45,576 nucleotides of DNA. Source: a virus. The stretch is taken from the IMG/VR virus record IMGVR_UViG_3300022561_000019, positions 1-45,576 of that record; one strand, 5' to 3'. Under the pieces are notes generated by a model. It ran no database searches. It was not told the origin of the DNA and worked only from the letters and a program-made list of their open reading frames with translations. The translations under genes were made by a program, and so were the position numbers. Shown piece by piece: positions 33,628 through 42,372 of the stretch (its first letter is position 1; every line of letters begins with the position of its first letter).

Positions 33628-33880
33628 GGATACAGGCTGCTTTATATAAAATATGTGTAGGATACAGTGGATACAAGAAAAAACAACCTGTATCTATACC
33701 CTGTATCCATTGAAAAGCTATATATATTAAGGGTTAGGAGGTTGTAGGATACAGGAGATACAGGTATTACTTATATAGTAGTATTTATATATTTAGGCAT
33801 ATACACGCGACCACCTATATGCCTAAACGCACGAATACGTGTGCGTAAGGAAAACCTGTATCCCTGTATCTCCTGTATCC
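33628..33880. repeat. Iteron cluster with an AT-rich core; probable origin of replication
   Basis: Ten copies of GGATACAG or close variants. + orientation at 33628, 33660, 33669, 33747 and 33756. - orientation at 33688, 33701, 33856, 33864 and 33873. AT-rich stretch and inverted repeat TAGGCATATA/TATATGCCTA around 33770-33826. Confidence 0.65.
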
Positions 33881-33898
33881 ACTATAAAAAAAAGGAAG

Positions 33899-34183
33899 AT
33901 GATGAAAATAGAAGAAGCTGTTGTTGAAAAAAGACTTAAAAAAGAGATTGAGAAAATAGGTGGTAAAGCATTAAAGTTTGTTAGCCCAGGAATGTCAGGA
34001 GTGCCAGATAGGATTGTATTTTTACCCGGAGGAAAGATCATATTTATAGAACTTAAAGCACCAGGAAAAAAACCAAAACCAATGCAAAATTATAGAGCAA
34101 AAGAATTAAGAAATTTAGGGTGTGATGTCAGATGCATAGATACAGTTGAAAAAGTAATGGAACTTATAGAAGAGGTGAGATGA
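33899..34183 (+). CDS. VRR-NUC domain nuclease
   Basis: PDRIVFLPGGKIIFIELKAPG is a D..ExK core. The track extension to 33839 runs through the iterons with no SD. Confidence 0.8.
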   Translation: MMKIEEAVVEKRLKKEIEKIGGKALKFVSPGMSGVPDRIVFLPGGKIIFIELKAPGKKPKPMQNYRAKELRNLGCDVRCIDTVEKVMELIEEVR

Positions 34184-35545
34184 ATGAAATTTATACCACA
34201 CGAATATCAGCAATATGCAATGACCCATATTATAGAGCATGAAGCTTCAGGACTTTTTCTTGATATGGGACTTGGAAAAACTGTAACAACCTTAACTGCA
34301 ATAAGTGATTTATTGTTTCTGGGAGATGTAGAGAAAGTATTAGTTATTGCACCACTTCGAGTAGCAGAAGATACATGGAGTACTGAGATAGATAAATGGG
34401 ATCATCTGAGTCATTTAAAAATATCTAAAGTTTTAGGTAAACCAAAAGATAGAATAAGAGCTATGAATAGACCAGCAGACATATATGTTACAAATAGGGA
34501 AAATGTAGAATGGTTAGTTAAAGAATACTTTGATAAGTGGACATTTGATATGTGTGTTATAGATGAATTAAGTTCTTTTAAATCTCCCAAGGCAATTAGG
34601 TTTAGGTCCTTAAAGAAAGTAAGACCTTATTTTAAAAGAATAGTAGGACTTACAGGAACACCTGCACCAAACTCTTTAATAGATTTATGGCCACAGTTAT
34701 ATTTACTTGATGGTGGTGTAAGACTAGGTAAAACTATAACAGGATTTAAGCAGCAGTATTTCAGCCCAGGGCGCCAAAATGGTTATATAGTTTATGACTG
34801 GAAACTAAAAGATGGTTCAGAGGATGCAATTCATAATAAGATAGGTGATATATGTATTTCTATGATGTCAAAGGATTATTTAGATATACCTGAGAGAATT
34901 GACAATATAATTAGTGTCAATTTACCTGACAAAATAAAGAGTGTCTATAAACAATTAGAAAAGGATTTAGTAATAGAGCTTGAGGATAATGATATAACAG
35001 CAGCTAATGCAGCAGTGCTTACAAACAAGTTATTACAGATGAGTAATGGTGCTATATATTCAGAAACTAAGGAAGTAGTAGAAATACATGAGGAAAAATT
35101 AAAGGTATTACTGGACCTTATAGAAGCAGCCAATGGTAAACCAGTATTAATATTTTATAGTTTTAGACACGATTATGAGAGAATAGTAAATTATCTAAAA
35201 GCTAAGAAATTAAAGGCAATAGGGTTAAAGGATTCAGAAGATATTAAAAAATGGAATGATGGAGAAATACCAATACTTTTAGTTCATCCAGCTTCAGCCG
35301 GACATGGCCTTAACCTGCAATATGGTGGAAATATAATAATATGGTTTGGACTTACTTGGAGCTTAGAGCTATATCAACAAGCAAATGCAAGACTCCACAG
35401 ACAAGGACAAAAGGAAGTTGTAGTTATTAATCATATAGTTTGTAAAAATACAGTAGATGAAGATGTTATGAGAGCATTAGGGAATAAGGAAATAAATCAG
35501 AATACATTACTTGAAGCTGTAAAAGCCAGAATAAAAAAATTATGA
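34184..35545 (+). CDS. SNF2-family helicase
   Basis: DMGLGKT, VIDELSSFK, HPASAGHGLNLQ, QQANARLHRQGQ. Confidence 0.9.
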   Translation: MKFIPHEYQQYAMTHIIEHEASGLFLDMGLGKTVTTLTAISDLLFLGDVEKVLVIAPLRVAEDTWSTEIDKWDHLSHLKISKVLGKPKDRIRAMNRPADIYVTNRENVEWLVKEYFDKWTFDMCVIDELSSFKSPKAIRFRSLKKVRPYFKRIVGLTGTPAPNSLIDLWPQLYLLDGGVRLGKTITGFKQQYFSPGRQNGYIVYDWKLKDGSEDAIHNKIGDICISMMSKDYLDIPERIDNIISVNLPDKIKSVYKQLEKDLVIELEDNDITAANAAVLTNKLLQMSNGAIYSETKEVVEIHEEKLKVLLDLIEAANGKPVLIFYSFRHDYERIVNYLKAKKLKAIGLKDSEDIKKWNDGEIPILLVHPASAGHGLNLQYGGNIIIWFGLTWSLELYQQANARLHRQGQKEVVVINHIVCKNTVDEDVMRALGNKEINQNTLLEAVKARIKKL

Positions 35546-35558
35546 AGTAGGTGATTAG

Positions 35559-35996
35559 TTGACTAAGGAGGAGTTATCAAAGTTACAAAGAATTACAGAT
35601 GAGATTGAACAGATTAAACGAGAATTAGAAAGTATTGAGCCAGAGTATGCAATTGATTCTGTAACTGGGTCAAGTGTAAATTTTCCTTACACACAACATA
35701 ATATCAAGATAGAGGGATATGATATTAAAAGTTATGAGCATAAGGTTAAGAGGATAAAGAATAGATTAAATCGCAAAAGGGTTGAGTTAGTAGAAGAAAA
35801 GGACAGGTTAACAAAGTATATCTACGGTTTAGATGATAGTGATTTAAGACAAATACTTATATATAGATATATAAATGGCCAAACATGGCAAGAGGTTGGA
35901 GCGAGTATGGGCTATGCAACTATTACGGTCAGGGTAAAGCATAATAAATTTTTAAAAAGTGTATCACCTTATATCACATTGAATGATGTATACTAG
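35559..35996 (+). CDS. Late-gene transcriptional regulator, sigma region-4-like HTH (ArpU/RinA/DUF1492-class candidate)
   Basis: 145 aa. TTG after GTAGGTGA. RQILIYRYINGQTWQEVGASMGYATITVRVKHNKFLK. Lies immediately upstream of terS. Confidence 0.55.
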   Translation: MTKEELSKLQRITDEIEQIKRELESIEPEYAIDSVTGSSVNFPYTQHNIKIEGYDIKSYEHKVKRIKNRLNRKRVELVEEKDRLTKYIYGLDDSDLRQILIYRYINGQTWQEVGASMGYATITVRVKHNKFLKSVSPYITLNDVY

Positions 35997-36020
35997 TATT
36001 ATTAAGAATTATAGAGAGAA

Positions 36021-36052
36021 AAGAACACCGGTGGACAACTGGTGTTCTTTTT
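36021..36052 (+). terminator. Rho-independent terminator
   Basis: AAGAACACC, 11-nt loop, GGTGTTCTT, then TTTATT. Confidence 0.75.
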
Positions 36053-36084
36053 ATTACAGTGTTGACTATATAGGAGGTGATTAG

Positions 36085-36477
36085 ATGTTAGATCAAAGAC
36101 AAATTGATGCAATAGAGAGACAGGCTACAGGTGGCAATATAACTGATATGGCAAAGGCAGCAGGTGTTACAAGGAATACTATTTACAAATGGATAGAACT
36201 TGAGGAATTTAAGGCTGAGGTAGCCAGATGTCAACAGGAGTATATATCTTCCACAATACAGATAATAACCTCCTATGCGCCTAAGAATGCTGCGAAGTTG
36301 ATTAAGCTGGCGGATAGTACTACCAACAAGAAGATTGAGTTAGATGCAAGGCTTGCGCTATTGAATAAGACTATGCCTAATACAAATAAGATAAGCATAG
36401 ATGATGGCAGAGACAGTAAGGACAAGGTCGATGTTGATGTATTGGATGCAGAGATGGATGAGCTAGATACTAACTAG
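36085..36477 (+). CDS. terS: Terminase small subunit (HTH type)
   Basis: 130 aa, SD AGGAGGTGA. ITDMAKAAGVTRNTIYKWIE HTH. Position is upstream of terL. Confidence 0.65.
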   Translation: MLDQRQIDAIERQATGGNITDMAKAAGVTRNTIYKWIELEEFKAEVARCQQEYISSTIQIITSYAPKNAAKLIKLADSTTNKKIELDARLALLNKTMPNTNKISIDDGRDSKDKVDVDVLDAEMDELDTN

Positions 36478-36483
36478 AATATT

Positions 36484-36523
36484 AAAACCATTCCATATAA
36501 TTTATATTATGTTGAATGGTTTT
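36484..36523 (+). terminator. Hairpin with U-tail right after terS
   Basis: AAAACCATTC, 20-nt AT-rich loop, GAATGGTTTT. Confidence 0.45.
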
Positions 36524-36622
36524 AGTTGTGTATGTTCATAATTAATTCATAGTTAGTTAACATATAATACACACAAAACAAGCAAACAATAGCAGTTAAC
36601 CAAAGCAATGGGTTTAGAGCAT

Positions 36623-36662
36623 ACAATAATGTCGCGAAAGTTTTATTTCACGACATTATTGT
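36623..36662. repeat. 17-bp inverted repeat (one mismatch) in the terS-terL gap
   Basis: ACAATAATGTCGCGAAA-gtttta-TTTCACGACATTATTGT. Confidence 0.7.
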
Positions 36663-36841
36663 ATTTAGTGTGTAATTATTAGGACAGGGGGTACCTTCTA
36701 TTTTAGGTATTCTGAATATCCCCGTTGGCCGACTCTACAATTTCTCCAATATTTTTTTTAGGTTGAGAACAGAACTAGTCAAGCCTCTTAATAATGCTCA
36801 AATGGACTAGACATCTTATTATAAACAAGGCGGTGTGGTAT

Positions 36842-37033
36842 ATGAAAATTAAATTATATACACAGTGGAAAGATGGCGAGGTTGTTTGTACTTGCCCTGT
36901 TATAAATAAATGTAACAAAGAACATGGGTGTGAGCTATTAGATTTCACGCTTGATCCTTATGCTAATATGCGTGAATGTATGGGCCATGATAGTTATACA
37001 AGGGTTAAGAGTAGGTTGCAGCAAAGAAGGTGA
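36842..37033 (+). CDS. Hypothetical Cys/His-rich 63-aa protein
   Basis: ATG 36842 after GGCGGTGTGG. CTCPVINKCNKEHGCE. Confidence 0.4.
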   Translation: MKIKLYTQWKDGEVVCTCPVINKCNKEHGCELLDFTLDPYANMRECMGHDSYTRVKSRLQQRR

Positions 37034-37038
37034 TTTAG

Positions 37039-38802
37039 TTGGAATATATAGAAGTTGACGAACACAAAGTTAATAGGCAATTATTATATAAATATTTAAA
37101 GCAGCTATACCCTCAGGGTACCCAAGCAAGAGATCTAATGAAGCAGCATAAGGACCACCTATTTGATTTTCATGGATTAGCTTGGTCTGTTGGTAAACGT
37201 TCCTTAGAATTTTTTTGCTTATATTTTTTACAAGATGTATTCCTGGTTAAAGAAGATAATGCTGCAGCTCCAATTGCAGAAGTACACAGAGAGCTCTGGG
37301 AAGATATACAAGAATCCATAATTGGTGAGGGTCCTGAACAAATAGGAAGAATACTTCCTAGAGGAACAGGTAAGTCTGCTTTTGGTACTTATGCAACTAC
37401 TATTTGGAGTCATTGCTACGAATTTAAAAAATACACTTTGATTTGTTCTGACATAGGATCTACTGCTGAGAAATTCATTAAAGATATAAAAAATACATTT
37501 CTGAATAATGAATACATTGAAAAGGCTTTTGGTAAGCTCCTGGATGATAAAGATAAAAGATATATTTGTAATTCTACACAGCTAGAGTTCACAAATATAT
37601 CTTTTTTAGAGGCCATTTCTTCAAGCTCTCCAATGCGTGGAAGAAAATATGATAATTGCAGGCCCGATCTTATTATCCTTGATGATTATCAATCAGAGGA
37701 TGATGTTAGAACCGAAGATGCAAGGGCGAAAAAATGGAAGCGCTTCAGCGATGATGTTATGTATGCATCTCAGAAAGCCTTATATCGTAATGGAAAAAAA
37801 GTTAAAAAGGGTACCACCTTTATTGCAGTTGGAACACTGCAGCATAAAGAATGTTTTTATAGCAGCCTTATTAAACAGCCTACTTGGAAATTTAAAAATA
37901 AAAAAGGTGTTTTAATAGATGATCTCATAGATGAAGATGGTAAATTAATTAATGGTCTTGATAATTATTTTGAAACTGGTCTATGGCTTGAATTTAAGAA
38001 CATCTTCTTTAACTTTAAAAACGAAAATCATTTAGAAGATGCAAAGGAATTTTATTGGTGGTATCAATCAGAGATGCAGTTTCCTATGCTATGGGATGAA
38101 TTTTGGGATTGTTTAGATATGGCCATGAGTTATTATGCAAATCCTAGTAGTTTTAAGCAAGAGGTTCAGGGTGATGTTAATAGCATCGGAGAGAAATGGT
38201 TTAAAACAGTAGCATCATTCCCACGAGCCGAAATCGAAATGCATAGATTTATTAAAACAATGTTAATCGTGGATCCCGGGGCAACAGCCAATGTTAAATC
38301 CGATTATTCGGCTTTTTTAGTTGGGTCTGAGAGTGATAACGGATTAAAATATGCTCGTAAGGCAGAACTTGCAAAAATAAATGCACGTACTGACTTTGAT
38401 AATTATATTAAGCATATGGCTGATTTACTAAAGGAGTATCCAGATATAACACATGTTTCTATTGAGAAAAACACATTTAATGGTGCGGATGCTAATCAAC
38501 TTGAAAAAATGATTAATAAAGATCCTGCATTGATGTCCAGAGGTATTAAAATAATTAATGAAGCTCAGAAAAAAAATAAGGACGATAAAATAAGCACAAT
38601 TATTCCTTATATGAATAAGGGCCAAATTATATTTGCTGAAGAGGACGAAGAATTTATAAAACAAATAATGGAGTTTTCAGGTCAGAAGTTTTCAATCCAT
38701 GATGATGCTCCTGATGTAACCGCAGAATTTAACTTGAAAATTGACATGATAAAAGTAACAAGCGTTGTCACAATATTAGATAGGCGGTCATTAGGCCTAT
38801 AA
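37039..38802 (+). CDS. terL: Terminase large subunit
   Basis: 587 aa. Walker A PRGTGKSA. Walker B LIILDDYQSED. C-terminal nuclease-like LIVDPGAT...HDDAPD. Confidence 0.92.
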   Translation: MEYIEVDEHKVNRQLLYKYLKQLYPQGTQARDLMKQHKDHLFDFHGLAWSVGKRSLEFFCLYFLQDVFLVKEDNAAAPIAEVHRELWEDIQESIIGEGPEQIGRILPRGTGKSAFGTYATTIWSHCYEFKKYTLICSDIGSTAEKFIKDIKNTFLNNEYIEKAFGKLLDDKDKRYICNSTQLEFTNISFLEAISSSSPMRGRKYDNCRPDLIILDDYQSEDDVRTEDARAKKWKRFSDDVMYASQKALYRNGKKVKKGTTFIAVGTLQHKECFYSSLIKQPTWKFKNKKGVLIDDLIDEDGKLINGLDNYFETGLWLEFKNIFFNFKNENHLEDAKEFYWWYQSEMQFPMLWDEFWDCLDMAMSYYANPSSFKQEVQGDVNSIGEKWFKTVASFPRAEIEMHRFIKTMLIVDPGATANVKSDYSAFLVGSESDNGLKYARKAELAKINARTDFDNYIKHMADLLKEYPDITHVSIEKNTFNGADANQLEKMINKDPALMSRGIKIINEAQKKNKDDKISTIIPYMNKGQIIFAEEDEEFIKQIMEFSGQKFSIHDDAPDVTAEFNLKIDMIKVTSVVTILDRRSLGL

Positions 38803-38815
38803 GGAGGTGGATAAA

Positions 38816-40153
38816 ATGAATTTGAGTGAATTAATAAAAAAATTATTTAAAAAACAAACGGGACTAAATTTATATAATCCTGAACATTTAGCATTAGTTA
38901 AAAAGATATATGGCAATTATAATGCAAACCGACATATCTATGAAAAAATGTATAGATATTATAAAGGTGATACAGATGCTATGAGAAAATATAAATTTAT
39001 AACCGAGAGATCTAATATTAAGATAAATACAAACTATGTTAAAAAGTTTATTAAAGAAGAGATAAGTTATACAGTAGGCAATGATATAACATACGAGTCT
39101 AGGAGTGACAATGATAATATAGTAAAAGATATTGAATACTATACTTCTCACTGGGATGAATTGCATGATACAGACCTAATGAAGTACTTACTTGTATTCA
39201 CCAAAGTATATGAGTTATATTATTTAGATGAGAATGACAGCACTGATTTTTGCAGTAAAATTATAAAACCTACTGATGGCTATGCTTATACAGATAACTC
39301 AGGTAAGGTTTTATTTTTTATTCATGCATTTAAAAATGATTTTGATACAGTAAACCAATATATTGATGTTTACACAGACAATTATATCTATCATTTTGAT
39401 AGCAAATTCAGTGAAATCGCAGCTCCTACTGTAAACATATTCGGAGAAGTTCCTGTGAGTGTTGGAAAATTAACGCTGGAAGAATATCACGATAGTTTAT
39501 ATAACGATATCAAAGGTCTTCAGGATGCCTTTGAAACTAATTTTTCTGATATTGGAAATGAAATAAGTGATTTTAGAAGTGCCTATTTGGTATTTACCGG
39601 TTGTGAAATTCGAGAAGAAAATATTCCAGCTATGAAAGAACTTGGTGTACTTCAAGCCAAAGATAAAGACAGTACAATCCAATGGCTTATTAAAAATATC
39701 AATGATACCTTTATTCAAAATACGCTTGATAGATATGTGGACACAATGTATCAAATAAGTTGCCATATCAATCATAATGAGGGAATGGTTAGTAATGTAA
39801 GTAGCATTGCATTAAGAGCTAGACTCATTGCATTAGAAAATAAATGTAGGCTTGAAGAAAAGGCGCATAAAAATATTGTTAAAAATAGAAATAGATTTTT
39901 ATGTATGTATTTAAATCTTAAGCAAAATAAAAACTATGATTATAAAGATATTAAGGCTCTCTATACTCCTAATATACCAACAGATGATGCTGCTACTGCT
40001 CAAATGTTATCGGTAGTTCCAGAAGGTGTGCTTAGTAAGGATACTTCAAGAGGTAGGTTTAGTTTCATTACTAATAAAGTTAGCGAAGCCGAAAAAGTTA
40101 AAGCGGAACAGGATGCAGAAATGCCCGTAGTTGATTTAAATAAGGTGACTTAA
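38816..40153 (+). CDS. Portal protein
   Basis: About 445 aa directly after terL. ATG 38816 after AAGGAGGTG (the track GTG 38807 lies inside the SD). Confidence 0.8.
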   Translation: MNLSELIKKLFKKQTGLNLYNPEHLALVKKIYGNYNANRHIYEKMYRYYKGDTDAMRKYKFITERSNIKINTNYVKKFIKEEISYTVGNDITYESRSDNDNIVKDIEYYTSHWDELHDTDLMKYLLVFTKVYELYYLDENDSTDFCSKIIKPTDGYAYTDNSGKVLFFIHAFKNDFDTVNQYIDVYTDNYIYHFDSKFSEIAAPTVNIFGEVPVSVGKLTLEEYHDSLYNDIKGLQDAFETNFSDIGNEISDFRSAYLVFTGCEIREENIPAMKELGVLQAKDKDSTIQWLIKNINDTFIQNTLDRYVDTMYQISCHINHNEGMVSNVSSIALRARLIALENKCRLEEKAHKNIVKNRNRFLCMYLNLKQNKNYDYKDIKALYTPNIPTDDAATAQMLSVVPEGVLSKDTSRGRFSFITNKVSEAEKVKAEQDAEMPVVDLNKVT

Positions 40154-40888
40154 ATGAAAGATTACACAGACAAAGAAGAACTTGATTTCATAGAGGGCCT
40201 TTACAATGAAGCTGATAAACTGATAAAAGAGGTTTATAAGGAACAAAAGAATAACAGAGATGAATTATTAAAGCAATTAGCCAGTATAATGCTTACCTAT
40301 ACCATTTTAAATGACCTTATGAAGCTTTCTAAGGCAGATAAAAAGAAAGAATATAATAGGCTGTCTAAGATAGTTACAGGCTATGCACAAAGCCAAGGCA
40401 CTACACAAAACAGGGTTATAGAAGAAATGCTAACCTCTACTATAAATAAGACTTTTGATTTTTACAGTTATAATGTTGGACTTAAAGATGTTAAAGAGAT
40501 TATAAGCAATAATTTTGCTGGAAAACATTTTTCATCAAGAGTCTGGGAAAATGAAACTGAGGTTGCCAAGCATCTCAATAAGCAAGTTAATAATTTTCTT
40601 AATGGCAAGGTTAATGTTAATCAAATTAAAAAAAATATTGAAAAAACTTATAACACTAGCGCTTATAATGCACACAGGCTAGTAGATACAGAGGTAAATC
40701 GTGTTGAGGATGAATCATTCAAGAGATTCTGCAAAGAAACAGGTGTAAAAAGAGTTATGAGAAATGAGGAAATGGATTCCAGAACTTGTAGTATATGCGC
40801 CGGGGTAAATGAAAATGTATATGATCTAGAAGATGCACCAGGATTACAGCACCCATTATGCAGAGGGTATAATACTATAGTTGAATAA
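40154..40888 (+). CDS. Minor head / head-morphogenesis protein (Mu F / SPP1 gp7-like)
   Basis: NAHRLVDTEVNRV...RTCSICAGVNENVYDLEDAPGLQHPLCRGY. Confidence 0.85.
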   Translation: MKDYTDKEELDFIEGLYNEADKLIKEVYKEQKNNRDELLKQLASIMLTYTILNDLMKLSKADKKKEYNRLSKIVTGYAQSQGTTQNRVIEEMLTSTINKTFDFYSYNVGLKDVKEIISNNFAGKHFSSRVWENETEVAKHLNKQVNNFLNGKVNVNQIKKNIEKTYNTSAYNAHRLVDTEVNRVEDESFKRFCKETGVKRVMRNEEMDSRTCSICAGVNENVYDLEDAPGLQHPLCRGYNTIVE

Positions 40889-40912
40889 AATAATGCTTTG
40901 AGGTGAAATTGT

Positions 40913-41167
40913 ATGACTAATGAAAATTTAATTAAAGCTAATGAAATTAAAAAAGAAATAAAAGAATTAGAGTTATTTATATGGAATGCTGAAAGTGTTT
41001 GGACAGGAAAGATTATAAAAAAAGAAACAAAATATATTTTTAAAGCTAATGCTTATGGTGCAATGGCCTCTGCAGAATTTAACATGAATACAGAAACAAA
41101 GAACAAAGTTTTAAATGTATTAAAAGAGCACTTACAAGATTTAAAAAACCAATTAAAAAGTTTGTAA
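40913..41167 (+). CDS. Hypothetical coiled-coil protein
   Basis: 84 aa, SD GAGGTGA. Followed by its own terminator. Confidence 0.6.
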   Translation: MTNENLIKANEIKKEIKELELFIWNAESVWTGKIIKKETKYIFKANAYGAMASAEFNMNTETKNKVLNVLKEHLQDLKNQLKSL

Positions 41168-41171
41168 TTAG

Positions 41172-41195
41172 AGTCTTAGAAAACTAAGGCTTTTT
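41172..41195 (+). terminator. Rho-independent terminator
   Basis: AGTCTTAG-aaaa-CTAAGGCT (one G-U pair) then TTTTT. Confidence 0.65.
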
Positions 41196-41333
41196 ATTAT
41201 GTCCTTAATATGACTCTAAACTGTTTAAGCTCGTCTTGTGGGCATTTTGTGTACAAGGGGTGCAAGTATACCAAAATAATAAAAATTTGTGTCCTAGGGT
41301 AACACACTTAGTCTAGGGGATAGGAGAGAATGT

Positions 41334-41972
41334 ATGTTAAAGAAAGATTTGTTAGAAAAAATAAAAAACTTAAAAGATGATGAGGATATTAACACCGCCT
41401 TAGTTGGTACAGATATAGAAACTCAATTTAAAACAAGCGGGGTAACCTTGGATGCTTTTAAAGAGAAAATGAAAACAGACAAAGATTTTAAGGCTTACAC
41501 AGAAAGCGAAAACGATAAGTATCACACTAAAGCCCTTAAAACTTGGAAAGAAAATAACTTAGAAAAGGAACTTGAGCCATTTATGTTGGTAAAGTATCCT
41601 GACATGGTTACTGATCCAGTTAAAAAGGAATTAGCGGAAATGAGAAAAGAACTTGAAAAAGAAAAATCCTCAAACGCAAGAAAAGACTTACTTAGTGAAG
41701 CAATGAAGTATGCTGCAGAAAAGAAATTGCCAGCTGGCTTTATTGATAAATTTTTAGGTGAAGATTTAGACACTACAAAAGCTAATTTAGATGTATTGGC
41801 AACTGATTGGGCAAAGGGTCTTGAAACATCAATGAATGAGAAGTTTAAATCCAGTTCGTACGTTCCTGGCGGAACAGGTCCGGATGGAGTTAAAACTAGT
41901 ATTGGTGCTGCAATGGCTGCACAAAACAATGGTACAAAAACTGCTCCAAGTGATCCTTGGGCAACAAAATAA
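41334..41972 (+). CDS. Capsid scaffolding protein (DUF4355-like)
   Basis: 212 aa, charged and helical. Position before the capsid genes. Confidence 0.7.
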   Translation: MLKKDLLEKIKNLKDDEDINTALVGTDIETQFKTSGVTLDAFKEKMKTDKDFKAYTESENDKYHTKALKTWKENNLEKELEPFMLVKYPDMVTDPVKKELAEMRKELEKEKSSNARKDLLSEAMKYAAEKKLPAGFIDKFLGEDLDTTKANLDVLATDWAKGLETSMNEKFKSSSYVPGGTGPDGVKTSIGAAMAAQNNGTKTAPSDPWATK

Positions 41973-41985
41973 GGAGGAATATTAA

Positions 41986-42354
41986 ATGTTTAAAAAAATA
42001 ACTTACACAAACGAAATGGAAATATTATTTTCAGAAGCAAATTTAGTATGTTTTTCAGGAACAGTATTATCAGCAGGTGTGGTAGCAGATGCTGATGGAA
42101 AGAAATATGTTCCCGCAGGTAGTTTTATTGATGCTACTGGAGCAGTAGTAGTTGAAACTGGAACTGCTGGAAGTGAAACTTTAACAAGTGCTCCAGTGGG
42201 AGTTTTATATCAAACTGTAGATGTTACAAACGGTGATTCACCAGCGTCTATAATGGTAGAGGGTTACTTAAGAGCCGATAGAGTATTTGCTGGAGTAGCA
42301 GACGCGGCAGTTGTATTAATCAAAGCAGCATTAACAGAAATAAAATTTAGATAA
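41986..42354 (+). CDS. Head structural protein (decoration-like candidate)
   Basis: 122 aa, Gly/Ala/Val-rich. Lies between scaffold and major capsid. SD AAGGAGGAA. Confidence 0.5.
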   Translation: MFKKITYTNEMEILFSEANLVCFSGTVLSAGVVADADGKKYVPAGSFIDATGAVVVETGTAGSETLTSAPVGVLYQTVDVTNGDSPASIMVEGYLRADRVFAGVADAAVVLIKAALTEIKFR

Positions 42355-42372
42355 TAGAGGAGGAATAATAAT

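Noticed and set aside
33628-33880. The short repeat cluster was considered as a possible CRISPR array.
   Set aside because: The repeats are only 8 bp, occur in both orientations, have irregular spacing and no cas genes. The pattern fits iterons.
33839-33898. N-terminal extension of the VRR-NUC ORF (GTG 33839).
   Set aside because: It has no SD, and the extension is translated iteron sequence. ATG 33899/33902 after AAGGAAG gives a normal VRR-NUC length.
37637-37915. + strand 92-aa alternative-frame ORF inside terL, plus minus ORFs at 37228..37616 and 38428..38664.
   Set aside because: They lie fully inside the terminase large subunit, whose frame carries the Walker motifs, and they have no SD.
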